Assembly (NCBI GenBank): GCA_964202905.1
Contig: CAXNJO010000006.1
Location: forward strand, 224,001 to 288,000
DNA: 64,000 bases
Origin: Polyangiales bacterium
GTDB lineage: Bacteria > Myxococcota_A > Polyangia > Polyangiales > JADJQN01
Direction: 5' to 3'
The translations under genes and the position numbers were made by a program. Shown here in pieces: positions 46,357 through 59,020 of the stretch; positions within the stretch are counted from its first letter, which is position 1; every line of letters begins with the position of its first letter. Below the pieces are notes generated by a model that saw only the letters and a list, made by a program, of their open reading frames with translations, was not told where the DNA came from and did not search any database.

Positions 46357-46842
46357 ATGGCGGGCAAGGGCAACAAGGGGCGCGACGCCGGCGTGCAAAT
46401 CGTCTGCCGCAACGCGCGCGCGTCGTTCGACTTCACCCTCGAGGACAAGCTCGAGGCCGGGCTCGTGCTGCGCGGCTCCGAGGTGAAGAGCCTGCGCGCG
46501 CGCCGCGCCGATCTCGACGGCGCCTACGCCACCGTCGAGGGGGGCGAGCTCGTCCTGCACAAGATGCACATCGCGCCGTACGAGCAGGCGGGCGTGTTCG
46601 GCCACGAAGCCCGGCGGACGCGCAAGCTCCTCGCGCACCGCCGCGAGATCGACAAGCTCGCCACGAAACTCGCGCTGCGCGGCTGCACGCTCGTCCCCGT
46701 GAGCGTCTATTTCAAGGACGGCCGCGCGAAGATCGAGCTCGCGCTCGGCTGGCCGAAGCACAAGGAAGATCGGCGTGAGGACATGAAGAAGAAGGCGGCG
46801 AATCGCGAGGCGCGCGCGGCCCTCGGGGCGAGGCGGCGATGA
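46357..46842 (+). CDS. smpB: SsrA-binding protein
   Basis: EAGLVLRGSEVKSLR, RTRKLLAHRREI, DRRED. Confidence 0.95.
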   Translation: MAGKGNKGRDAGVQIVCRNARASFDFTLEDKLEAGLVLRGSEVKSLRARRADLDGAYATVEGGELVLHKMHIAPYEQAGVFGHEARRTRKLLAHRREIDKLATKLALRGCTLVPVSVYFKDGRAKIELALGWPKHKEDRREDMKKKAANREARAALGARRR

Positions 46843-47126
46843 GCACGGACGCCCGCGTGAATCCGCTCACGCTCGCGACCGGCGAGCCGGGCGAGGTCGT
46901 CTCGTGGGATGGCAACGTGCTCGTGTTCCGCGCGCCGCGTGCGTTCGCGCCGGGCGCGCCCATCCGCCTCGCCATCACCCTCGGCGAGGGCGCTGTCGAC
47001 GTCGAGCTCAAGTCGATCGGCTCGCGCCGCGCCGAGGGCGACCCGCTCTTCGTCGTGCGCGCCCGCGCGATGAACCTGCGCCGCGAGGCGCGCGTGTCGC
47101 TCGACGCCTCGCTCCGCAGCGCCTGA
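46839..47126 (+). CDS. Small hypothetical beta-rich (PilZ-like?) protein
   Basis: ATGA-coupled to smpB. Confidence 0.5.
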   Translation: MSTDARVNPLTLATGEPGEVVSWDGNVLVFRAPRAFAPGAPIRLAITLGEGAVDVELKSIGSRRAEGDPLFVVRARAMNLRREARVSLDASLRSA

Positions 47127-47189
47127 GCCGGCGGCGCTGCGTGAGCGGCGCTGCGCGCGCGGTTCGCGCCGCTGCCGCCCCGCAGAGCG

Positions 47190-48518
47190 TCAGGCGTCGA
47201 GCACGCCGAGCACCGCGCGCCGCACGGCCGCGTAGTCCGCGGGCAGCTGCACCGGGCGGTTCGCATCGAGGCTCGGCCCGCCGGCGATCGCGTCCTCGTG
47301 GTAGCGCACCTTGAAATCCGTGAACTTCAGGCCGCTCGCCGTGGAGATCACGACGACGCGGTCGCTCTTGCGGATCTCGCCGCGCGCCGCGAGCTTCTCG
47401 AGGGCGGCGAGGGCGACGCCGGTGTGCGGGCACGTGTACGCCCCGCTGCGATCGGCGGCAGCCGCGGCCTCGGCGAGTTCGCGCTCGCTCGCCTGCTCGA
47501 CGACGCCGTCGTAGGCCTGCATCACGCGGATGGCGCGCCGCACGGAGACGGGGTCGCCGATGCGGATCGCGCTCGCCTCGGTGGGCGCGGCGACGACCGC
47601 TTCGAACTTGTCGAAGCCCGCCTTGTACGCGCGGTAGAGCGGGTTCGCGGCCTCGGCCTGCGCGACGCAGATGCGCGGCTTCTTCTGGATGAGGCCGAGC
47701 CGCAGCATGAGGTCGAAGCCCGCGCCGAGCGCCGCGACGTTGCCGAGGTTGCCACCGGGGATGATCACCCAGTCGGGCACCTGCCAGTCGAACTGCTGCA
47801 CGATCTCGACGCTGATCGTCTTCTGCCCCTCGAGGCGCAGCGAGTTCATCGAGTTCGCGAGGTACACGCCCGGCTCGTCGGCGAGCTGCTGCACGATCTT
47901 CATGCAGCCGTCGAAGTCCGTCTCGAGCTCGCAGACGATCGAGCCGCTCGCGAGCGGCTGCACGAGCTGCGCGGTCGTCACCTTGCCGCGCGGCAGCAGC
48001 ACGACGCTGCGGATCCCCGCGGCCGCGCAGTACGCGGCGAGCGCTGCGCTCGTGTCGCCCGTCGAGGCGCAGGCGATCGCGCGGATGGGCTTGCCGTCCG
48101 CGATCATCTGGCGCACGACGCTCACGAGCACCGTCATGCCGAGGTCCTTGAACGACCCCGTGTGCGAGTTGCCGCAGAGCTTGAGCCACACGTCGTCGAG
48201 CCCGATGGAGCGGCCGTAACGCTCCATCCAGAAGAGGTTCGTGCCGCCCTCGTCCATCGAGACGACGCACTCGTCGCGCACGTGCGGCGCGATCCATTCC
48301 TTCTTGCCCCAGACGCCCGAGCCGTACGGCCACTGCGTGCGCTTGTAGCGATCGTCGAAGAGGCGCATCCAGCCGGCGGCGCTGCGGTCCCCGAGGGCCG
48401 CGATGTCGTGGCGCACCTCGAGCAGCTCGCCGCAGCGCGGGCACTTGTAGATCACTTCGTCGAGCGCGTAGCTGCCGGAGCAGCCCGCGACGCACTGGAA
48501 TCGCGCGGAATAGGCCAT
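47190..48518 (-). CDS. thrC: Threonine synthase
   Basis: [33 protein letters not shown]. Confidence 0.93.
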   Translation of the reverse strand: MAYSARFQCVAGCSGSYALDEVIYKCPRCGELLEVRHDIAALGDRSAAGWMRLFDDRYKRTQWPYGSGVWGKKEWIAPHVRDECVVSMDEGGTNLFWMERYGRSIGLDDVWLKLCGNSHTGSFKDLGMTVLVSVVRQMIADGKPIRAIACASTGDTSAALAAYCAAAGIRSVVLLPRGKVTTAQLVQPLASGSIVCELETDFDGCMKIVQQLADEPGVYLANSMNSLRLEGQKTISVEIVQQFDWQVPDWVIIPGGNLGNVAALGAGFDLMLRLGLIQKKPRICVAQAEAANPLYRAYKAGFDKFEAVVAAPTEASAIRIGDPVSVRRAIRVMQAYDGVVEQASERELAEAAAAADRSGAYTCPHTGVALAALEKLAARGEIRKSDRVVVISTASGLKFTDFKVRYHEDAIAGGPSLDANRPVQLPADYAAVRRAVLGVLDA

Positions 48519-48595
48519 GGGGGCGCGAGGATAGCCGAAACGCTCCGAGGCGCCGTGCCGCGAGCGGGCGCGCGCGCGGCTGCTATGCCTCGCGC

Positions 48596-49333
48596 GTGTC
48601 GCGTGCTCCCGGTCTCTTCGCGGCGTCCGTTCCGCACACCGCGCTCGTCATCGCGAGTGCGTGCGCGCTGCTCGCGTTCTCCGTGCGCGCCGACGAGACG
48701 CCGGCCGCGTCGCCGCCCGTCACGTGCGAGGAGCAGGAAGCGCAGCCCTTTCTCGTCCGTGGGAACTTCGTGCGCCGCGGGCGCGTCAGCCGTGACGAGG
48801 CGCGGGCGCGCAGCGAGACGCACGCGCGCGCGATCCGCTATCGCACCGAGCAGTACGGCCGCTTCGGACCCTTCGGCCGCCCGGAGTGGAACGCCGCGGC
48901 GCCCGTCACCTTCGCGAAGGCCGTGCGCTTCTTCGGCCTGCGCGTGCGGCTCCACGCGAAGGTCGTCCCCGCCGTGCAGTGCGCCGAGCGCGAGATCGTG
49001 CGCGCGTGCGGCGCCTTCCCGTACACGCCGCGCGCGCTGTCAGGGCTCCGCGACCGCAACACCTACCGCGGCGGCGAAGTGTCGAACCACGTCTACGGCA
49101 TCGCGCTCGACATCGACCCGCTCCGCAACACGTGCTGCGGCTGCGTGCCGCCATGGAACGAGGCGCCCGCGTGTCAGCGCCCCGCCGCGAGCGTGTACGA
49201 GCGCATGGACATGCCCGAGTGCTGGGTGCACGCCTTCGAGAAGTTCGGCTTCTACTGGCTCGGGCACGACCAGCTCATGGACACGATGCACTTCGAGTTC
49301 CTCGGAGACCCGTCCCGCATCGCCGCCGAGTAG
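48596..49333 (+). CDS. M15-family D-Ala-D-Ala carboxypeptidase-like protein
   Basis: [26 protein letters not shown]. Confidence 0.85.
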   Translation: MSRAPGLFAASVPHTALVIASACALLAFSVRADETPAASPPVTCEEQEAQPFLVRGNFVRRGRVSRDEARARSETHARAIRYRTEQYGRFGPFGRPEWNAAAPVTFAKAVRFFGLRVRLHAKVVPAVQCAEREIVRACGAFPYTPRALSGLRDRNTYRGGEVSNHVYGIALDIDPLRNTCCGCVPPWNEAPACQRPAASVYERMDMPECWVHAFEKFGFYWLGHDQLMDTMHFEFLGDPSRIAAE

Positions 49334-49366
49334 GGGCACGCGCGGTCGCGCGCACGCCGGGCGCGC

Positions 49367-49792
49367 TCAGCGCACCGCGCCGATCGTGCCGAGCCACGCG
49401 ACGACCTTCTCGAGGTCCTCGTCGCTGAGCCGCGCGGCAGAGATCGGCCGCATCCGCCCGGAACCATTGCGGATCTGGGCGCGCATGCGCGGCGCGTCCC
49501 AGTGGATGTCCTTGATGGAGGGCCCGTTGTCCTCGTCGCCGCCCGGGTGGCAGAGACCGCACACCGCCTCGAAGCGCTCGCCGCCCGCCGCGAGCATCTC
49601 GGGGGACGCCGCGCCCGCCGTTGACGCGGTGCCCTCCGCGCTGCTCACGCTGGCCGCGCCGCCTTCGCCGCCGGCGCTCGCGGTCGGCTGCGGCGTCGTC
49701 TCGTGGGAGGCTGCCGCGCCGCCGCCGCAACCCGTGACGAGGATCCACGCGGAGAGCGCCGCGCCGCCGAAGACCGTCTTGCCGTGGTGCAT
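49367..49792 (-). CDS. Lipoprotein c-type cytochrome
   Basis: VTGC lipobox, CGLCH heme motif, distal GRMRP. Confidence 0.85.
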   Translation of the reverse strand: MHHGKTVFGGAALSAWILVTGCGGGAAASHETTPQPTASAGGEGGAASVSSAEGTASTAGAASPEMLAAGGERFEAVCGLCHPGGDEDNGPSIKDIHWDAPRMRAQIRNGSGRMRPISAARLSDEDLEKVVAWLGTIGAVR

Positions 49793-49900
49793 GCCGTGCC
49801 TGCCCTTTCGTCGATGGCGCGTCTCCAAACGGCTCGTGCCCCATGAGCGGGGCGGCGGCGCCGGAGGTCGCTGAGAAGCTGTCGCTGGGAAGCTCGCCGC

Positions 49901-51024
49901 TCAGAAGTCGCCGCTCAGAGAGAACCCCGCGGCCGTCGGGCCGAACGCGGGCACCACGCGCAGGCGGGCGCGCTGCGCACCCGCGGCGCGGGGCGCCTCG
50001 TCGTCGCCCCAGTTCGTGAGGAACGCGAGGGTCACCGCCGTCGCGCCGAAGAGCACGGCGCCGCCGAAGAGGACGTCCGCCGTCAGCGCGAGCGAGCGGA
50101 CGCGCGCGTTGTCGGCCTCGGTGACGAGGAAACGATCGGGGTTCGTCACGTCGTCGCGCCGGACCTGGAGGCTCTGGCCCTCGGTGAGCGCGAGCACGCC
50201 CACGACCGCGCCGCCGAGCGCGCACGCGACCGCGACGCCGCCCGACGTCCAGAAGATCCACGCGTCGATCCCGCGGTATGCCTCGCTGAGTTGCTCGAGC
50301 GTGAACGAGACCTCGGTGCGCGAGCGCGCCGCGACCTGCACCTGCTGCTGCTCGGGGACGAAGCCGCGCATGCGCAGCTCGACGGTGTGCACGCCGCCCG
50401 GGATGCGCACCTCACGCCGCTCGGGGGAGAGCGTCGCGACCTGACGCGCGTCGACCCACACCTCGGCCGTCGGGACGTTCGACGTGAACACGAGCGTCGC
50501 GAGCAGGCCATCGAGCGCACGCATCGTCGCCTCGACCGTGGCGCGGTCCTCGGCGTTCTCCCCGCCCTCGTCGAGGTAGCGGCGGTAGAAGTCGAGCGCC
50601 AGGTCGTAGCGGAACATGCGCTCGTGGCACTGGCCGATGTTGTAGAGGACGACGAAGCGGATCGGGTTGCCCTCGAGCAGGTCGTAGGCGCGCTGGAACT
50701 CGACGAGCGCGGCGTCGAAGTTCTCCGCGGTGAGGAACGCCTCGCCGGACGCGATGTGCTGGCGCGCCTCGACGACCTCGGGCGGATCGGCCCTGGCGGC
50801 CTCCGCGGACGTCGCGGTGTCCGGGGCAGCGGGCGTCGCGGGCGTGGACTGCGCTTGTGCGGCGCCCTCGGTGCCCAGCCAAAGAAGCGCCGCGAGCGCG
50901 GCGACGATGAGCGTCCACCGCGCGCGGCGGACCGCGACTCCCCAGGTCGTTTCGTCCATGCGGACGGGGACGGTATCACGGGCGTTTGCCCGGCTCGTGG
51001 GCGAAAGCGTGGCGGACCTGCGCA

Positions 51025-51025
<1 letters not shown>
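49901..51025 (-). CDS. TPR + PEGA domain protein
   Basis: TPR (ALVEFQRAY...LYNIGQC), PEGA (AEVWVD...GVHTVEL), C-terminal TM segments; may start at 50959. Confidence 0.8.
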
Positions 51026-52755
<1,730 letters not shown>

Positions 52756-52878
52756 CGGGTCTCCGGCGCTGCGCGGATCACCCCCGGCGATCCGGGCCCG
52801 CGCCCGACGCGAGAGTGCGCCCCGCTCGGCCCGTGACGCAAGCGTGACTGCGCCGCGGCCTGCCGCGCGGCGCCGTCC

Positions 52879-53853
52879 TCAGCGGGGGCGCTGCGTGGCG
52901 CCCGGGTTCGCGGGCAGCGCGCCCTCCGCGCCCGGGGGGGGCCGCGTGAGCGTGTGCTGCGCCTCGAAGATCTCGCCGGCGGCGATCGTCAGCTGGGTGC
53001 GCCCCGCGAAGGGCTCGGCGAGCCGCGGGTCCATGTACTCCCACTCGGCCGTCCAGGCGTCACCCTCGTGCTGCGTGCCTGTGAGCCGCAGCGCCACCCA
53101 GGGCACCCCGTCGAAGGCCTGCGCGTACCAGGCCGCCACGGCCTCGCGCCCCTCGTGGCGCGTCGGGCCGCCGGTGTCGCTCACCGTGAACGGGTCGAGG
53201 AGCGAGCCCGTCTCGGCGAACAGCGAGGCGAGCGCGGGCACGTCGCGACGGTTGAAGAACGCGATGTAACGCCGGAGGATCTGCTCCTCGCGCAGCAGCT
53301 CAGGCGGCAGCGATTGGTAGACCATCCGCACCTCGAAGCCGCGGCACCAGTTCGAGCGCTGCGTGAGCACCTCGAGGTCGCTGCCCACCATGCGCACCTC
53401 ACCCGGGCGCGGCGGGTCGGGGCGCACGGCGTTCTCGCACTCGGGCGTCGCCGGCAGCGAGACGCGCTGCACCTCGCGCAGCTGGAACTCGCCGTTCGAG
53501 GTGGGCGTCGCGGAGATGAGCACGGTCTGCGTGCACTGCTCGCGCGCGAACGTCTGGTCGAAGGCGAGCAGGAAGCCGGGGCGCCCCTCGCCGAGCGGCA
53601 TCACGCGCAGCTCCTGCTCGAAGCCGCGCGGCGACAGATCGAGCGGCGCCTCGGTGCAGTGCGACTCCGTGTAGCGCCACCGCGTGCCCAGGAGCTCGGG
53701 GCCGGCGGGGCGCCCGGTCCGCACGCGTCCCCCGCCGCCGCCGCTGGTCCCCGCCAGGTCCGCGGACTCGTCGGGGAGGGTGCTCTGGGTGCCAACGCCG
53801 CACGCGGCGAGCGCGAGGACTGCGAGGAGGAAGATACTCAGGCGCGCCGTCAT
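52879..53853 (-). CDS. Lipoprotein with C-terminal SnoaL/NTF2-like domain
   Basis: LAAC lipobox; RRYIAFFNRRD..ALASLFAE...GREAVAAWY. Confidence 0.7.
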   Translation of the reverse strand: MTARLSIFLLAVLALAACGVGTQSTLPDESADLAGTSGGGGGRVRTGRPAGPELLGTRWRYTESHCTEAPLDLSPRGFEQELRVMPLGEGRPGFLLAFDQTFAREQCTQTVLISATPTSNGEFQLREVQRVSLPATPECENAVRPDPPRPGEVRMVGSDLEVLTQRSNWCRGFEVRMVYQSLPPELLREEQILRRYIAFFNRRDVPALASLFAETGSLLDPFTVSDTGGPTRHEGREAVAAWYAQAFDGVPWVALRLTGTQHEGDAWTAEWEYMDPRLAEPFAGRTQLTIAAGEIFEAQHTLTRPPPGAEGALPANPGATQRPR

Positions 53854-53906
53854 GGGGGCGTAGCCAAGCGCCCCGCGCCCGATTCGTCAAGCGTCGCGAG
53901 CGCCTG

Positions 53907-54881
53907 TCACCAGAAGATCGAGCGCCGCTCCTTCAACCCGCGGTTCACCATCGATTGGATCGTCTGCTTGACGACCCAGACCTTCTCCTCGATCACGCCG
54001 TCCTCGTCGTCCGGGTCCCCGGTGAAGCGCAGCGGCTCGCCGAAGTAGATGCGGTACTTCGTCGGGAGCGGCAGGGCCATCCCCACGAAGAGCTGCGGGA
54101 GGACCGGCACCGCGGGCATGCCGAGGAGGCGCGCGAGGGGCTTGAGGTCGGCTACCGAGGGGTACTGCTCCTCGGCGCCGATCACGGCGACGGGGATGAT
54201 CGGCGCGCCCGTCTCGAGCGCGAGGCGCATGAAGCCGAGCCCGAAGTCGACGAGCTGGTAACGGCGGTCGAAGGTCTTCGAGATGCCGCGCGCGCCCTCG
54301 GGGAACACGACGAGCGTCTCGTCGTTGCAGAGCAGGCGCCGCGCGTTCTCGGGCGAGCCGACGACCTGCCCGACCCGCGGGAAGAGCACCGAGATGAAGG
54401 GCAGCTCGGCGGACCACTTCTCGACCATGCTGCGCGGGAAACGCGGCGGCTCGGCGTCGAGCATCAGCGACGCGCCGATCGCGAGGCCGTCGAGCGGGAT
54501 CTGCCCGCTGTGGTTCGCGATCACGAGCGCGCGTCCCGCGGGCACGTTCTCGATGCCGAAGACCTCGGTGCGGAAGTAGAAGCGGTGCAGGAACGCCGCG
54601 ACCGCGAGCGCGTAGCGGGCCGCCTGCGGGTCGAAGCCGAACGGATCGACGCCGACCTCGTTCGGGTGCTGCTCGATGCGGGCGAGGCGCGCGTCGAGCT
54701 CCTCGCCGAGCAGGTCCTCGACGCCGCGCACGACGCGATCGCCGAGTCGCCGCGCCGCGCGCCGCAGCGCGCTGCCGTCGTCCTCGCGCCGTTGTCCCCA
54801 GCCCGCGAACGGCACGATCGGCGCACGGTGCGTGGCGGAGGGCGGGCCGGGCTGGCGCTGATCGGAGTTCGGAAGGGCCAT
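53907..54881 (-). CDS. Lysophospholipid acyltransferase family protein
   Basis: NHSGQIPLD, FPEG, GFMRLAL. Confidence 0.88.
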   Translation of the reverse strand: MALPNSDQRQPGPPSATHRAPIVPFAGWGQRREDDGSALRRAARRLGDRVVRGVEDLLGEELDARLARIEQHPNEVGVDPFGFDPQAARYALAVAAFLHRFYFRTEVFGIENVPAGRALVIANHSGQIPLDGLAIGASLMLDAEPPRFPRSMVEKWSAELPFISVLFPRVGQVVGSPENARRLLCNDETLVVFPEGARGISKTFDRRYQLVDFGLGFMRLALETGAPIIPVAVIGAEEQYPSVADLKPLARLLGMPAVPVLPQLFVGMALPLPTKYRIYFGEPLRFTGDPDDEDGVIEEKVWVVKQTIQSMVNRGLKERRSIFW

Positions 54882-55115
54882 GGGCGGCCGGCATCGTGGC
54901 GGCGCGCGCCGCCCGGATCAAGGAGGCGGGCGGGAGGCGCGACGGGGGGGCGTGGGAGCCGTATCCGGATGGCCGCGCGGGTGCGCGATCCTTCGTGATG
55001 TCGGATTGCATCTGCAACCCGATGTCATCGGACGAGCGAACCCGTGCGCGGCCCGGGGCCTCCTCGGCGCGCCGTGAAGTTGACGGCGCGCGCGGGGCGG
55101 GCGAGGTGTCGAGGG

Positions 55116-55910
55116 ATGCGCAGGGCGTGGCAGACCGTGGCGGTAGGCATCTGCGTCGCGGCGCTGTTCGCGCCGAGCTTGCCTGCGCAGGCCGATGGGC
55201 CGGGCGAGGAGGCGCGCGCGCGTGTCTCGGAGGGGCCGCGCAGCGTGCCGCGGCCGCGCGGTGCGTCGCTCGCACGGGCGCGGATGCTCGGGCTCGGGAC
55301 CCGCGCCGTGGCGACGCGCCTGCTCACGGCGGCGCCCGAGGCGCGCTGGACGGCGGCGGTGCACGGGCGTCGCGCGCGCACGCTGCTCTGGCCCGTCGAG
55401 GGGGCGCGGCTCGGGCGCGGGTTCGGCTTCACGCGTCGCGAGCGCCAGGACCTCCGGCACGAGGGGCTCGACATCGCGGGGGAGACGGGCGCGGCCGTGC
55501 GCGCGGTCGCCGACGGGCTCGTCGCCTACGCCGACAACGGCGTGCGGGGCTTCGGCCATTGCGTGATGCTCGTGCACGCGGACGGTGCGGTCTCGCTCTA
55601 CGCGCACCTCTCGCGCATCACCGTGCAGCCCGGGTGGCGCGCGACGCGTGGCGAGCGCCTCGGCCTCGTCGGGGCGACCGGCATCGCGCGTGGCCCGCAC
55701 CTGCACTTCGAGCTTCGCGAGGGCGGCCGCACCCGCGACCCGGAGCCGCGCTTCGCCGCGATCCCGGGCCGGCCCGCAGCGGTGGTGCGTGTCGCGGCGC
55801 CACGCTCTCCCGCGCCGCCGCCGGGGCCCGACGCGCCCCGCGCGCACGCCGCGCGCCGGGCACGCTGCGGCCATGATAGAAACGGCGCCTTATGCGCATC
55901 CGGTCGCTAG
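55116..55910 (+). CDS. M23-family metallopeptidase
   Basis: HEGLD, YAH, GPHLHFE. Confidence 0.85.
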   Translation: MRRAWQTVAVGICVAALFAPSLPAQADGPGEEARARVSEGPRSVPRPRGASLARARMLGLGTRAVATRLLTAAPEARWTAAVHGRRARTLLWPVEGARLGRGFGFTRRERQDLRHEGLDIAGETGAAVRAVADGLVAYADNGVRGFGHCVMLVHADGAVSLYAHLSRITVQPGWRATRGERLGLVGATGIARGPHLHFELREGGRTRDPEPRFAAIPGRPAAVVRVAAPRSPAPPPGPDAPRAHAARRARCGHDRNGALCASGR

Positions 55911-56581
55911 CGGTCGCGGGTCGGGGATGGAGGTCGGGCGCGCTCGCGGCGCTCACGGTGCTCGCCGCATGCGGCGGTGACGACGACGGGCCGCCGCCGG
56001 ACCCGGCGCTCGAGCCGACCTACGAGAACGTCGAGGCGATCGTGCGCCAGTCCTGCACGTTCTCGGGCAGCTGCCACGGCGGCACGTCGTCGGGGCGCGG
56101 GCGGCTCAATTTCCAGCGCGCCTTCGACGAGGGGCGGCCCATCACCGACGAGCTCTTCGAGGTGCCGTCGTGCGAGTACGCGCCGTACCCGCGCGTGAAG
56201 CCCGGCGTCCCCGAGGAGAGCTGGCTGTGGCTCAAGATCGACAGCCCGACGGACGCGAGCGGCAACATCGTCTTCACGCCCGACCCGAGCTGGGACTCGG
56301 GCGTGCGCGTGCTGCCGGACGGCGGGCTCGCGAGCTCCACGTGCCCGCTCGTCGTGCGCGGCGCGCTGAACTTCGGGAAGCTGATGCCGATGGGCTCGCG
56401 CTCGGGCATCAGCGAGAGCCGCCGCCGCGCCATCCACGGCTGGATCCTCGCCGGCGCGCCCGGGCCGGACGGGGGCGTGACCATGCGCGACGCGGGGGCC
56501 GGCGATCTCGGCGCCCCGGACCTCGGTGCCCCGGACCCCGACGCCGGCTTGCCCGACGCCGGCTCGCCCGACGGGGGCTGA
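55892..56581 (+). CDS. Lipoprotein, cytochrome c-like (CxxxxxCH)
   Basis: LAAC lipobox, SCTFSGSCHG, PG.PEES.L..K, MP...I..WI..GA. Confidence 0.65.
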   Translation: MRIRSLAVAGRGWRSGALAALTVLAACGGDDDGPPPDPALEPTYENVEAIVRQSCTFSGSCHGGTSSGRGRLNFQRAFDEGRPITDELFEVPSCEYAPYPRVKPGVPEESWLWLKIDSPTDASGNIVFTPDPSWDSGVRVLPDGGLASSTCPLVVRGALNFGKLMPMGSRSGISESRRRAIHGWILAGAPGPDGGVTMRDAGAGDLGAPDLGAPDPDAGLPDAGSPDGG

Positions 56582-56625
56582 GCGCGCGCCCCCCGTCCGC
56601 GGGAGGCGCTATGCTCGCGGCGCCC

Positions 56626-57699
56626 ATGGCCGACGAACCCAGGAAGTCGAAGCGCCCCACCGCGCGCTTCCGCAGCGCGCCGCCCCCTCCACCCGCGGTG
56701 CCCGCGTCCGACCCGGCGCCGCCCCTGTCCCCCGCTGCGCCGCGCCGATCGCGCGGCCGCGCGCCGGCGAGCGCGACCGAGGGCGCGGTGCTCGTCACGG
56801 GGATCTGCGGCCGACTCGGGCGCCTGCTCGCGCGCACGCTTCACCGCGACGACGACGTGGTCGGCATCGACCGCCGCGCCTTCGAGGGCAAACCGAAGGA
56901 CATCGTTCACCACCAGTTCGACCTGCGGCGCAAGAAGACGCGCGACGTGTTCCGCGCGGGCGGCATCCGCGCCGTCGTGCACCTCGGCGTGATGCACGAC
57001 CCGCGCGCGAGCGACAAGGAACACCACTCCTGGAACGTGCGCGGCTTCCAGAAGCTGCTCGATTACCTCGCGGAGTTCGAGATCCCGAAACTCGTCGTGC
57101 TCTCGAGCGCGAACGTCTACGGGCCGCAGCCGGAGAACCCGCAGTTCCTCACCGAGGAGGCGCCGCTGCTCGGCGCCCAGACCTTCAGCGCGATCCGCGA
57201 CCTCGTCGAGGTCGACATGCTCGCGCAGAGTTACTTCTGGCGGCATCCGTCGACCGAGACGGTGATCCTCCGGCCCTGCCACATCCTCGGCAGCGTGCAC
57301 AACGCGCCGAGCAACTACCTGCGGCTCGCGCGGCCGCTCACCGTGCTCGGCTACGATCCGATGGTGCAGGTGGTGCACGAGCGCGACGTGGTCGATGCCC
57401 TCGTGCTCGCGCTGCGGCCCGGCGTGCGCGGGATCTTCAACCTGCGCGGCCCCGGCGAGGTGCCGCTCTCGCGCTTGCTGCGCATGCTCGGGCGCAGCCC
57501 GATGGCGGTGCCCGGGCCCGTGGCGGAGGCCGTGCTGACGCGCATGTGGAAGCTGCGTCTCACGTCCTTCCCCGCGCCGGAGCTCGACCACATCCGCTAC
57601 CTCTGCATGGTCGACGATGCGCGCGCGCGGGCGACGCTCGGCTACGCCCCGCGGCGCTCGCTCGAGGAGACGGTGCGCGCGGTCGAATCGGAGCGCTGA
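56626..57699 (+). CDS. NAD-dependent epimerase/dehydratase (extended SDR)
   Basis: VTGICGRLG, SSANVYG, QVVHERD. Confidence 0.85.
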   Translation: MADEPRKSKRPTARFRSAPPPPPAVPASDPAPPLSPAAPRRSRGRAPASATEGAVLVTGICGRLGRLLARTLHRDDDVVGIDRRAFEGKPKDIVHHQFDLRRKKTRDVFRAGGIRAVVHLGVMHDPRASDKEHHSWNVRGFQKLLDYLAEFEIPKLVVLSSANVYGPQPENPQFLTEEAPLLGAQTFSAIRDLVEVDMLAQSYFWRHPSTETVILRPCHILGSVHNAPSNYLRLARPLTVLGYDPMVQVVHERDVVDALVLALRPGVRGIFNLRGPGEVPLSRLLRMLGRSPMAVPGPVAEAVLTRMWKLRLTSFPAPELDHIRYLCMVDDARARATLGYAPRRSLEETVRAVESER

Positions 57700-57813
57700 G
57701 GGGCCCGCTCGAGGCGGCGGCGCGGCGCGCGCGGTGACCCGGTGGATGAAACGACGCGGCCCCCGTGGCGTCGTTCCGCAGGGGCCGTCGTCGATCGGGC
57801 GGGCGTGTTCTGC

Positions 57814-58836
57814 TCAGCGGTTGCGGCAGATCGCGTCGATGCAGCGCTCGTCGGCCGCGCACTCGGACTGCTGCGCACACTCGGGCATGCGCTCGTTCGC
57901 CGTGTAGCAGAGCGACTCGGTGCCGCCGGGCGCCGATTGGCAGAGGACGAGCTGGACGTCCGCCATCATGCACTCGGTGTTCATGCCCGTCGGGCAGGGC
58001 GTGCGGCACACGCCGTCGCGGCAGACGCTGCCCATCGCGCAGTCGGCGTCGCGCGCGCAAAAGGGGCGCGGCTCCCACGTCGGTCGGCAGAACTCGTCGA
58101 CGCCGCACGCGTCACCCGCGCCGGTGCAGGTCGCGCCGCGGCAGTCCGCGAGGCAGCGCCCGCCGACGCAGTGCGTGCCGCCCGTGCACTGTGCCGACGA
58201 CGTGCACTCGGTCGGGTCGGCCCCGCAGAAGCCGCCGCGGCACGCCTGGCCGGACGCGCACTGCGCGGCGCTCGTGCAGAGGTTCACGCAGGCGTTGTCG
58301 ACGCACGCGCGGCCCGCGCCGCACTCGTAGTTGAACTGGCAGGTCGCCGACGGGGCGCGGCAGCCGCCCTCGAGGCAGAGCTCGCCGCCGGTGCAGTCGG
58401 CGTTCGAGCGGCACGCGCCGGCCGGCGCGCAGGTGCCGCGGAAGTCGCAGACGAAGCCGCTGGTCGTGCAGGCTGCGTCGTCGGTGCAGAGGCCGGAGGG
58501 CGCGCAGGCGCCGCTCGCGCAGTAGGCGCCCGGCGTGCAGTCGCCGTCCGTGCGGCAGGGGGTCACGGGCTCGCCGGGCACGCAGACGTTGCGCGCCTCG
58601 TCGCACACCTCGCCGGCGATGCAGTCGCCGTCGTCGACGCAGCGCGGGGCGACCTCGCAGACCCCGCTGGGAACGTCGCAGCGCAGGCCGTCGGAGCAGT
58701 CGTCGATGGTGTCGCACGGGCAGCCCTCGCCGACGCAGAAGACGGGGCCGTCGCCGCCCCCGTCGCCGTAGATCGGACAGCCGCTGAGGGCCAGCGAGAG
58801 CGAGAGGGCGAAGAAGGTCGCTTGAAGCCTGTTCAT
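57814..58836 (-). CDS. Cysteine-rich repeat lipoprotein
   Basis: LSGC lipobox; repeated C-x-x-D-x-D-C...C...C units. Confidence 0.85.
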   Translation of the reverse strand: MNRLQATFFALSLSLALSGCPIYGDGGGDGPVFCVGEGCPCDTIDDCSDGLRCDVPSGVCEVAPRCVDDGDCIAGEVCDEARNVCVPGEPVTPCRTDGDCTPGAYCASGACAPSGLCTDDAACTTSGFVCDFRGTCAPAGACRSNADCTGGELCLEGGCRAPSATCQFNYECGAGRACVDNACVNLCTSAAQCASGQACRGGFCGADPTECTSSAQCTGGTHCVGGRCLADCRGATCTGAGDACGVDEFCRPTWEPRPFCARDADCAMGSVCRDGVCRTPCPTGMNTECMMADVQLVLCQSAPGGTESLCYTANERMPECAQQSECAADERCIDAICRNR

Positions 58837-59020
58837 GGTCGGCACGCCTCGGGTGGGTGGGCTCGCGCGCACGGGCGCGCCGCGGGGTCATCGTGAGCCG
58901 GGGGGCTCGTGGCCGCGAATGCGACGAGCGTGCCATGAGGCGCAGGCGGTGCGGATGCAAGGTTTCCGCGGCTGTGCGCGCGTCGGGGGGCTTGCGACCC
59001 CGTGAGAAGTGAAGCGCCGT

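Noticed and set aside
57814..58836. Repetitive DNA in the Cys-rich gene
   Set aside because: Protein-level repeats common in myxobacterial lipoproteins.
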